DNA of 47,498 nucleotides from a virus (Duplodnaviria; Heunggongvirae; Uroviricota; Caudoviricetes): IMG/VR virus record IMGVR_UViG_2660238269_000006; one strand, 5' to 3'. Shown piece by piece: positions 18,328 to 25,620 of this stretch (position 1 is its first letter; each line of letters starts with the position of its first letter). The notes under the pieces were generated by a model. It saw only the letters and a program-made list of their open reading frames with translations, ran no database searches and was not told where the DNA came from. The position numbers and the translations under genes were made by a program.

Positions 18328-18379
18328 TCTGACCGGGAGCAATCATAAAATATCTCTGGGTACCCACAAGGAGATAAAT

Positions 18380-18589
18380 ATGTTTGTTTCTGAAGTGTTA
18401 ATGGAAGATAAGGACAACAAAGGATGGGTTAAAGGTTGGGCTGTGGTAAGAAGCTCGCCCTGGCATCTTGTTGGGGTTTTTGCGACAGAGGAAGACGCAG
18501 AAACGGAAGCAAGAAAGATGGGAGATAAGTACGAGGTTCACTATGGCTCGCATCGAACAGGAAGTGATGATTTTGTCTGGGGGGTGTAA
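18380..18589 (+). CDS. Hypothetical small acidic protein (69 aa), cargo gene in the stx slot
   Basis: ATG with RBS AAGGAGA at 5-nt spacing; followed by a terminator; no recognisable family. Confidence 0.5.
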   Translation: MFVSEVLMEDKDNKGWVKGWAVVRSSPWHLVGVFATEEDAETEARKMGDKYEVHYGSHRTGSDDFVWGV

Positions 18590-18622
18590 CAGTCGTTTAA
18601 CCCCAGAATAATCCCGTAACTG

Positions 18623-18647
18623 AGGTCGCTATTGGCGGCCTTTTTTG
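18623..18647 (+). terminator. Intrinsic terminator after the two-gene cargo cassette
   Basis: aggtcgc / gcggcct stem followed by TTTTTT, with the same GGCCTTTTTTGTAT tail as the hairpin at 18026. Confidence 0.5.
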
Positions 18648-18778
18648 TATCCGCGCCACGCCCGGCGCATATCAACCACAGAGCCTTTCGGGGGTGAGCT
18701 TACGGAGTGGTCAGCGTGACTTTCTCTGTGGGCAGATCGCTCCCGGGCGTTGGCTCACCCACCCAAAGGAACGTCACG

Positions 18779-19210
18779 ATGTTTGGTATTTTCAAAAAGA
18801 AAACCCGCAGAGCAGCAGCGGAAATTAAAAAGTTTGAGAAACGTGATCTGGCACAGGCGGTTATTAATGCTGCCTATCTGGTGGCCTATGCAGATGGTGA
18901 ATGTGAGGCTTCAGAGAAAGCGAAGATCGAGCAGGTCTTGCGTAACCAGCCAGCGTTGTCCGCGTTTACGTCAGAAATTAATGCTATCAGTGCCACGATC
19001 ACAGGTCAGCTTGACACCAACTTTAAAATTGGTCGTCGAGCGGCGTTGCGTGAAATTGAAGATGTGAAACACGATACGCGTGAAGCGGAAGATGTGCTGG
19101 ATGTGGCGGTGGCCATTGCTGAAGCAGATGGTGAAATTGAGCCGGAAGAGCGTAAGGTTCTGGAAGAGATTGCTGGTGTTCTTGGCCTGCGACTGGAGAA
19201 CCACCTGTGA
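18779..19210 (+). CDS. TerB-like domain protein (143 aa)
   Basis: Two A-x-A-DGE-like motifs (AAYLVAYADGECEASEKAKI and VAVAIAEADGEIEPEERKVLEEIAGVLGL) typical of the TerB fold; RBS AAGGA upstream. Confidence 0.5.
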   Translation: MFGIFKKKTRRAAAEIKKFEKRDLAQAVINAAYLVAYADGECEASEKAKIEQVLRNQPALSAFTSEINAISATITGQLDTNFKIGRRAALREIEDVKHDTREAEDVLDVAVAIAEADGEIEPEERKVLEEIAGVLGLRLENHL

Positions 19211-19371
19211 CGGTAAAACTGCGTCTGGCCGCTGTGGCACTCCTGCTGTTTCTGGTGGTGATGGTGGATTTCACCAGCAGGATCATGTCGGTGCTGGCGG
19301 ATGGAGTGCTGGTGGTCGGTATTGTGGTGGTGCTTTTTCCTTTGGTGAAAAAGGACATGCCAGGTAGTTAG
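19207..19371 (+). CDS. Small two-helix membrane protein (54 aa)
   Basis: GTG overlapping the TerB-like stop (GTGA); highly hydrophobic (LRLAAVALLLFLVVMV...VLVVGIVVVLFPLV). An in-frame ATG at 19261 would give a 36-aa version. Confidence 0.3.
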   Translation: MTVKLRLAAVALLLFLVVMVDFTSRIMSVLADGVLVVGIVVVLFPLVKKDMPGS

Positions 19372-19614
19372 CCGGGTATCAGTCATGCCCCGAAAATTTT
19401 AAATGTCTCACAATTCAGACGGTTGACAGTTGTCTGTTTTGCGGGGAGTTTGTTAAAAGAAACAGGCATGATGAATCCCCCTGAGCGGAGGGGCATAATG
19501 ACAGATGTTTGGTTGCGTATTGTATAGGCAAGTTGCGGATTCTGTCTGGTCATTGCAGAATTCACCGGGAGGCACCCGGCATCATGCTGTATACAGAGAT
19601 TAGGCATATATCCA

Positions 19615-19640
19615 GGCTCCTCATCGCAGGAGCCTTTTTA
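19615..19640 (+). terminator. Intrinsic terminator (plus strand)
   Basis: ggctcct / aggagcc stem followed by TTTTT. Confidence 0.5.
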
Positions 19641-19645
19641 CATGC

Positions 19646-19674
19646 AAAAAAAGCCCGCATGGTGAGATGCGGGC
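19646..19674 (-). terminator. Intrinsic terminator (minus strand), back-to-back with the previous one
   Basis: gcccgcat / atgcgggc stem preceded on the plus strand by AAAAAAA, which is a T-run on the minus strand. Confidence 0.45.
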
Positions 19675-19871
19675 AGCAAGGAATAAACAACAAAACGTGA
19701 AGTAATCAATTTTTCAGCTGGCGAATAATACCCGACAGTAATCACTCTGCGCAACTGCGCGGCCTTTTTCGTATTGCGGGCTGTAGTCTTCCTCCTGCCA
19801 TTGTCCTGTAACTTCCGGACTTCAGCCCGCCCCTCATCTGACTCACAACATTATCCCGACCGGGAGGATTC

Positions 19872-21839
19872 ATGGCATTTAAACACTATGACGTGGTCAG
19901 GGCGGCGTCGCCGTCAGACCTTGCGGAGCGACTGACTCAAAAACTGAAGGAGGGGTGGCAGCCATTTGGCAGCCCTGTCGCCATCACGCCTTATACCCTG
20001 ATGCAGGCCATTGCGGCGGAAGGTGATGTCACCACACCTGTGGTGGTGAAGCCGTCGGATGGAGAAGGCACAGTAATCAGCGCCACCAGCGACCCGGAGT
20101 ATTACTTTGTTGTGGTTCTGGCAGGGCAGTCAAACGGCATGTCGTATGGTGAAGGCCTTCCGCTGCCGGAGACATATGACCGTCCGGACCCGCGTATTAA
20201 GCAGCTGGCGCGCCGCAGTACGGTGACACCGGGCGGTGCCGCCTGTAAGTATAACGACATTATTCCGGCGGACCATTGTCTGCATGATGTGCAGGACATG
20301 AGCCGTCTTAACCATCCGAAAGCGGACCTGTCAAAGGGGCAGTACGGAACCGTGGGGCAGGGGCTGCATATCGCCAAAAAACTGCTGCCGTTTATACCGG
20401 CGAATGCGGGCATTCTGCTGGTTCCGTGCTGCCGTGGTGCTTCGGCATTCACAACGGGTGCAGACGGCACATACAGCGAATCAGCCGGTGCATCGGAAAA
20501 TTCACTGCGCTGGGGTGTGGGTAAGCCGCTGTATCAGGATTTGGTGAGCCGGACTAAAGCCGCACTGGCGAAGAACCCGAAAAACCGTCTGCTTGCGGTG
20601 GTGTGGATGCAGGGAGAAGGTGATGCGGCAGTGGGGACGCATGCGCAGCATCCGGGGCTGTTTAGTGCGATGGTGAATCAGTTCAGAACGGAGCTTGCCG
20701 GTCAGGCATCACAGAGCACAGGAGGCAGCGCATCAGCGGTACCGTGGATTTGCGGGGACACAACGTATTTCTGGAAGCAGCGTCATGCGGAAGGGTATGC
20801 ATCAGTATACGGAGGGTATAAGGGTAAGGAGTCGCAGAACATTTTCTTTGTACCGTTAATGACGGATGAGAATGGTGCGAATGTGCAGACCAATAACCCG
20901 GCAGAAGACCCGGACCTGGAAACCGTCGGTTATTACGGTTCAAAGTGGCGTAATGACCAGAAGACCTGGACATCAGCAGACAGGGCCAGCCATTTCAGTT
21001 CATGGGCTCGCCGTGGGATTATTTCCGACCGTCTGGCAACGGCGATTCTGTTGCACGCCGGGAGAACCGCTGAATTCATTACCGGAAAACAGCCTGATAC
21101 GGTGAAGCCCACCGGACCTTCCGGTGAAGGCCCGGAGAGAGAGCCGGAAGCCCCGGTCAGTAACCGAACCCTGATGAGTCTGCTGGCATCCGGTGAAGAC
21201 CTGGCATCACAGGGCTGGCGCTATTATCACAAACCGGCGAGCGGAGACAGTGTTAATAAAAACATCGCTGAGGCTGTGGTCAGTGATGAGGGTGCCACCG
21301 GTGGTAAGGCCCTGCAACTGAACAAACCGGAAAGCCACATCTGGTTTCTGGAGCATGATGCCGCCGGGCAGGGGGCAGAGTTGCTGAAGAAAGGCGGACG
21401 TGTGAGCGTACGGTTTAAGGTGCCGGGCGCACTGGTGCCGAATCAGTTTGCCCTGGGTATTTACTGGCAGTTGTCGTCCCTGCCGGAGGGAGTGACGCTG
21501 TCAGAGGAAGGCAACGACATGCTGATGTCCTTCTTCCTGCAGACGGATGCGACGAACCTGAACGCGATGTACCACAAGAAGCAGAATGCGAAGCTGGATA
21601 CGTTCGGGGTCTTTGATAACGGATGGCACACACTGGCTTTTGAGTTTGCCGGAAACAACAGCATTCAGGTGACGCCGGTACTGGATGAGAAACGGGGTAC
21701 ACCGTTCACACTGGTGAAATCTCCGGCATCAGGGGCGGCGGACAAACTGCAACTGACAGACATATCAAAGGCGGCGACATATACGTTGCTGATTGACAGT
21801 GTGAAGGTGGAAGTGAACAACGCGGATGCCGCGGCATGA
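19872..21839 (+). CDS. NanS-p-like sialate O-acetylesterase (DUF1737 N-terminus plus SGNH/SASA esterase domain)
   Basis: 655-aa protein; N-terminal MAFKHYDVVRAASPSDLAERLTQKLKEGWQPFG and esterase block VVVLAGQSNGMS; occupies the position downstream of stx in Stx phages. RBS GGGAGGA. Confidence 0.65.
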   Translation: MAFKHYDVVRAASPSDLAERLTQKLKEGWQPFGSPVAITPYTLMQAIAAEGDVTTPVVVKPSDGEGTVISATSDPEYYFVVVLAGQSNGMSYGEGLPLPETYDRPDPRIKQLARRSTVTPGGAACKYNDIIPADHCLHDVQDMSRLNHPKADLSKGQYGTVGQGLHIAKKLLPFIPANAGILLVPCCRGASAFTTGADGTYSESAGASENSLRWGVGKPLYQDLVSRTKAALAKNPKNRLLAVVWMQGEGDAAVGTHAQHPGLFSAMVNQFRTELAGQASQSTGGSASAVPWICGDTTYFWKQRHAEGYASVYGGYKGKESQNIFFVPLMTDENGANVQTNNPAEDPDLETVGYYGSKWRNDQKTWTSADRASHFSSWARRGIISDRLATAILLHAGRTAEFITGKQPDTVKPTGPSGEGPEREPEAPVSNRTLMSLLASGEDLASQGWRYYHKPASGDSVNKNIAEAVVSDEGATGGKALQLNKPESHIWFLEHDAAGQGAELLKKGGRVSVRFKVPGALVPNQFALGIYWQLSSLPEGVTLSEEGNDMLMSFFLQTDATNLNAMYHKKQNAKLDTFGVFDNGWHTLAFEFAGNNSIQVTPVLDEKRGTPFTLVKSPASGAADKLQLTDISKAATYTLLIDSVKVEVNNADAAA

Positions 21840-21989
21840 TAAAAAAGGCCGCCAGCAATGAAGGAAAGGGATGAACTTTGTCCACTACATGAATGCTGGC
21901 GGCTGGTAAAACGACCATGATGACACCGAAGTCTTCGGTGTTTTTCTACAAAAATAAGTAAATCATGTCAACTATCACGGTGAGAAACC

Positions 21990-22172
21990 ATGACATTTCT
22001 GAACCAGTTAATGCTGTACTTCTGTACGGTGGTCTGTGTGCTGTATCTTCTTTCGGGTGGGTACAGGGCAGTGCGCGATTGCTGGCGCAGGCAGATTGAT
22101 AAAAGGGCCGCAGAGAAAATCAGCGCCAGTCAGTCAGCCGGAAGCAAACCCGAAGAGCCCATTACTCCTTAA
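21990..22172 (+). CDS. Hypothetical small membrane protein (60 aa)
   Basis: One hydrophobic helix (LMLYFCTVVCVLYLLSGG) followed by a charged tail; upstream of the holin. Confidence 0.35.
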   Translation: MTFLNQLMLYFCTVVCVLYLLSGGYRAVRDCWRRQIDKRAAEKISASQSAGSKPEEPITP

Positions 22173-22197
22173 TAACCCCTTTCAACGAGAAAATCCC

Positions 22198-22443
22198 ATG
22201 TCAGAAATTACATCCCTGGTCACTGCAGAGGCAGTGAAGGAAGTCCTGCGCTCTGAAGAAGTCCGGAGCGCACTGAAACAGAAACTTCGCCATAACCTGG
22301 AAGCGCGTCTTGATGCAGAAGTGGATGCCATTCTGGATGAACTGCTGGGCGCACCGGCAGCTCCGGAGCCGGAAGGCATCGCGGGTGAGGGGAGTGCTTC
22401 AGATAGCGGTGAACCCACACCTGACAGCGACATGATGATGTAA
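22198..22443 (+). CDS. Hypothetical acidic protein (81 aa)
   Basis: ATG at 22198 ([28 protein letters not shown]...); acidic C-terminus; the ORF is open from 22036. Confidence 0.35.
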   Translation: MSEITSLVTAEAVKEVLRSEEVRSALKQKLRHNLEARLDAEVDAILDELLGAPAAPEPEGIAGEGSASDSGEPTPDSDMMM

Positions 22444-22519
22444 GCATGCGCAAGGGACCATCGGTGTGTGCCGGTGGTCTTTATATTGTTGTGAGCTTCC
22501 GGATTGCGGGAGACGGGGT

Positions 22520-22735
22520 ATGTACCAGATGGAAAAAATCACAACAGGTGTGTCATACACCACGTCAGCGGTGGGAACGGGCTACTGGTTCCTGCAGTTG
22601 CTGGACAGGGTTTCCCCGTCTCAGTGGGCGGCAATAGGCGTGCTGGGGAGTCTGCTGTTTGGGCTGCTGACATATCTGACGAACCTGTATTTCAAAATCA
22701 AAGAGGACCGGCGTAAGGCCGCCCGGGGAGAGTGA
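22520..22735 (+). CDS. Class II holin (phage 21 S-like), dual-start motif
   Basis: [71 protein letters not shown] closely parallels the S21 holin; M-Y-Q-M dual start. Confidence 0.75.
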   Translation: MYQMEKITTGVSYTTSAVGTGYWFLQLLDRVSPSQWAAIGVLGSLLFGLLTYLTNLYFKIKEDRRKAARGE

Positions 22736-22738
22736 ATA

Positions 22739-23296
22739 ATGAACCATGAAGAAATGAATCAGCGCTTCAGTCGCCTGGAAAATGAAATTGCTGAACTGAA
22801 TAAAAAACTGTCGACGCTGATGCCTTCTGAAGATGAAAAAAAACGCCGCGATGAGCAGTTTGCTGCGTTTGACGATTATTGTCGGAAAGTGATGAGCAGA
22901 AATCTCGCAGAGTGTTTCAGTATTCATAATGATAATTTCAGTGAGCTGGAATGGGAGTGTAACCGGCCATCCTTTGTTGTATCCGGTGATGGTGTGAAAA
23001 TAACCATCTCAGAAAATGGGAAAGTAACACCTCCATCGCACCAGCACAGTGAGGAGCTCATTGAATTTGCCATTGATTACCTGAAGAACAATAAAAAACA
23101 GGGGCTGATGCAGCGCATTGGTCGTTGCATGGGGTATCTGCAGGTAGCCGCTGAGATTGAAGCGCTGGCCAGTGGTGCGGACAAGGATTCAGTTGTGCGG
23201 GAGGCACTTCTTCGTGATTTTGATCATCCGCCCTTTAAAAAAGTGCCGGCTTACTGGCTTCATCCCGGACTGACTTATCTGAAAGTGCGTATTTAG
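22739..23296 (+). CDS. Hypothetical protein (185 aa) inserted between holin and endolysin
   Basis: Starts 4 nt after the holin stop; N-terminal coiled-coil (RFSRLENEIAELNKKLSTL); no recognisable family. Confidence 0.5.
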   Translation: MNHEEMNQRFSRLENEIAELNKKLSTLMPSEDEKKRRDEQFAAFDDYCRKVMSRNLAECFSIHNDNFSELEWECNRPSFVVSGDGVKITISENGKVTPPSHQHSEELIEFAIDYLKNNKKQGLMQRIGRCMGYLQVAAEIEALASGADKDSVVREALLRDFDHPPFKKVPAYWLHPGLTYLKVRI

Positions 23297-23332
23297 TGGG
23301 CCTGGGACAGCGGCTGAATATTTAATATATCC

Positions 23333-23866
23333 ATGAACACAAAAATCAAATACGGCCTGTCGGCTGCCGTTCTGGCGTTGATTGCCGCAGGGGCTTCTGC
23401 GCCTGAAATCCTCGACCAGTTTCTTGACGAAAAAGAAGGTAACCACACTACGGCATACCGTGATGGTGCGGGTATCTGGACCATCTGCCGTGGAGCCACC
23501 CGGGTGGATGGTAAGCCTGTTATTCCTGGCATGAAGCTGTCGAAGGGGAAATGCGACCGGGTTAACGCCATTGAGCGTGATAAGGCGCTGGCATGGGTGG
23601 AGAAAAACATCAAAGTGCCACTGACTGAACCCCAGAAAGCGGGTATTGCGTCATTCTGTCCTTACAACATTGGCCCGGGTAAGTGTTTCCCGTCGACGTT
23701 TTATAAACGAATTAATGCAGGAGATCGCAGGGGAGCGTGTGAAGCGATTCGCTGGTGGATTAAGGACGGTGGCAGAGACTGCCGTATTCGCTCAAATAAC
23801 TGTTATGGTCAGGTATCCCGTCGTGACCAGGAGAGCGCGCTGGCGTGCTGGGGAATCGACAGATAA
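23333..23866 (+). CDS. SAR endolysin (T4-lysozyme-like with N-terminal signal-anchor-release segment)
   Basis: N-terminal hydrophobic segment YGLSAAVLALIAAGASA followed by EGNHTTAYRDGAGIWTICRGAT, a lysozyme catalytic E...D...T arrangement like the phage 21 R endolysin. Confidence 0.7.
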   Translation: MNTKIKYGLSAAVLALIAAGASAPEILDQFLDEKEGNHTTAYRDGAGIWTICRGATRVDGKPVIPGMKLSKGKCDRVNAIERDKALAWVEKNIKVPLTEPQKAGIASFCPYNIGPGKCFPSTFYKRINAGDRRGACEAIRWWIKDGGRDCRIRSNNCYGQVSRRDQESALACWGIDR

Positions 23867-24164
23867 GCAGAATATTTTGCTGAAAAATGACGTTGGCCAA
23901 CGCGGACGGATAACACGAAATCCTGCGAACTGGCAAAACCTAAGTGAATAAAAGTAAAAAACCCGTTTGTTAGCAGCAGGTGGGGTTTTGTGTTTCCTGA
24001 CTCCGGAAAAGTCAAAGGAGAAAGTGTGTTTGATTTTAGCAAACTGATTCGGGAGATTTGAGTGATGGCTGAAAAATTATCCACCTGGAAGTTCATCCTT
24101 ATCTGGCTGGTGTTTGTGATTATGGCCTCCGGTTATTTCATCGGTCAGATACGCTGGTGGTGAA

Positions 24165-24632
24165 ATGAACCGCGTTCTGTGTGTGGTCATCATTGCCCTG
24201 CTGGTGGCCTGTGGTGCGCTTAGTCTGGGGCTGAATCATTACCGCGATAACGCCATCACCTACAAAGAGCAGCGCGATAAAAAAGCCAGAGAGCTGGAGC
24301 TGGCAAACGCAACCATTACTGATATGCAGCAGCGCCAGCGCGATGTTGCTGCGCTCGATGCAAAATACTCGAGGGAATTAGCCGATGCGAGAGCTGAAAA
24401 TGAAACTCTGCGTGCTGATGTTGCCGCTGGTCGTAAGCGCCTGCGGATCAACGCCACCTGTCCAGGCTCCGTGCGTGAAGCCCCCACCACCTCCGGCGTG
24501 GATAATGCAACCGGCCCCCGACTGGCAGACACAGTTGAACGGGATTATTTCACCCTCAGAGAGCGGTTGATGATGATGCAGAAGCAGCTGGAAGGGGCGC
24601 AGGAATATATCCGCACTCAGTGCCTGAAATAA
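24165..24632 (+). CDS. Rz i-spanin
   Basis: N-terminal transmembrane segment, coiled-coil periplasmic domain; contains an embedded +1-frame lipoprotein ORF. Confidence 0.65.
   Translation: MNRVLCVVIIALLVACGALSLGLNHYRDNAITYKEQRDKKARELELANATITDMQQRQRDVAALDAKYSRELADARAENETLRADVAAGRKRLRINATCPGSVREAPTTSGVDNATGPRLADTVERDYFTLRERLMMMQKQLEGAQEYIRTQCLK
24385..24570 (+). CDS. Rz1 o-spanin lipoprotein, embedded in Rz
   Basis: Lipobox LVVSAC followed by a proline-rich segment ([11 protein letters not shown]); nested in a different frame inside Rz. Confidence 0.6.
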   Translation: MRELKMKLCVLMLPLVVSACGSTPPVQAPCVKPPPPPAWIMQPAPDWQTQLNGIISPSESG

Positions 24633-24884
24633 GTTTTGCTGATGCGCCGTATCGTCGCCGTATTCCCGTATTAACAGAGACCGCAGCCCGACAGGGAGAC
24701 TCCTCTGCGAGAGTGTGCGGGGATAATCAAAAACGATACACACCGGGGTTTACCGCGTTAACGGAGCGCGGCGTTGTCCCCTCATAGTCGCCTGTCCGGT
24801 GCGATGGTGGAAGAAACTGGATTTGTTGCAACTGATAACCATTATCATTTTCTCGGGTCCTTTCCGGCATATGGACCCGTTACG

Positions 24885-24896
24885 GGGCGGCGACCT
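24885..24896. other. cosN cohesive-end site (lambda-type 12-nt sequence)
   Basis: GGGCGGCGACCT followed by cgcgcgttttcactatttatga, which matches the lambda left-end sequence context as I recall it. Confidence 0.7.
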
Positions 24897-25113
24897 CGCG
24901 CGTTTTCACTATTTATGAGATTTTTTGAGGGGGGGGGTTGTTGTTTAATTGTTTGGTATATCTAATTGATAAGTAAGGTGAAAATAAAATCAATACAACA
25001 ACCTTACGATGTGTTTTGATGTCGTCAATGCGAAAAATGTCAATGATATCAAATGGTTTTGCAAAAACACATGGTTGTTGTTTCGCTTTTTATCGATGAC
25101 TTATGGAGAGGAG

Positions 25114-25620
25114 ATGGCCTTTTTATTGAATAAAAGTGATATGGCCTCCTCCATCGGTATCTCTGTTCAGGCATTTGATAAATGGGGCGTTCCTCCTGTT
25201 GAACGTCGGGGGAGGGAAGTTTTATATGACGTTAAAACTGTACTGGAGATAGATCGCGAGCGGCGACAACACAATCAGAGAACACCTGATGACGGGGGAG
25301 AACTGGAGGAAAGGCTGCTTCGGGCCAGAGCTGAACTGACAGAAGAACAGGCTGTAGCTCAAAAACTTAAAAATCAGGTAACCGAAGGTAAGCTCATCGA
25401 TTCAGACTTCTGCGTTTTCGCCCTCAGCAAACTGGCGATGGCATTGTCCAGTACGCTTGATTCCATTCCGTTATCCATGCAGCGACAGTTCCCGGATTTA
25501 ACGCCACGTCATATTGACCATCTGAAAACCCTTATTGCAAAGGGCGCAAATCAGTGTGCGCGGGCAGGGGATAAATTACCGGATTTACTCGATGAATATA
25601 TCAGAGCAACAACTGAATAA
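25114..25620 (+). CDS. Terminase small subunit (Nu1-like)
   Basis: EVLYDVKTVLE...FCVFALSKLAMALSSTLDSIPLSMQRQFPDLTPRHIDHLK parallels lambda Nu1; ATG at 25114 with RBS GGAGAGGAG; the ORF is open from 25009. Confidence 0.7.
   Translation: MAFLLNKSDMASSIGISVQAFDKWGVPPVERRGREVLYDVKTVLEIDRERRQHNQRTPDDGGELEERLLRARAELTEEQAVAQKLKNQVTEGKLIDSDFCVFALSKLAMALSSTLDSIPLSMQRQFPDLTPRHIDHLKTLIAKGANQCARAGDKLPDLLDEYIRATTE

Noticed and set aside
19006-19386. Minus-strand ORFs with poly-His/Thr-rich translations overlapping the TerB-like gene
   Set aside because: Low-complexity products antisense to a gene with a recognisable domain; no RBS.
18017-19871. Shiga toxin genes stxA/stxB downstream of the tRNA cluster
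   Set aside because: The ORFs in this slot are 54-143 aa and do not resemble either Stx subunit; the prophage is stx-negative.
24640-24880. A bor/lom-like lipoprotein gene between Rz and cos
   Set aside because: No ORF with a lipobox or outer-membrane beta-barrel character is present on either strand in this interval.
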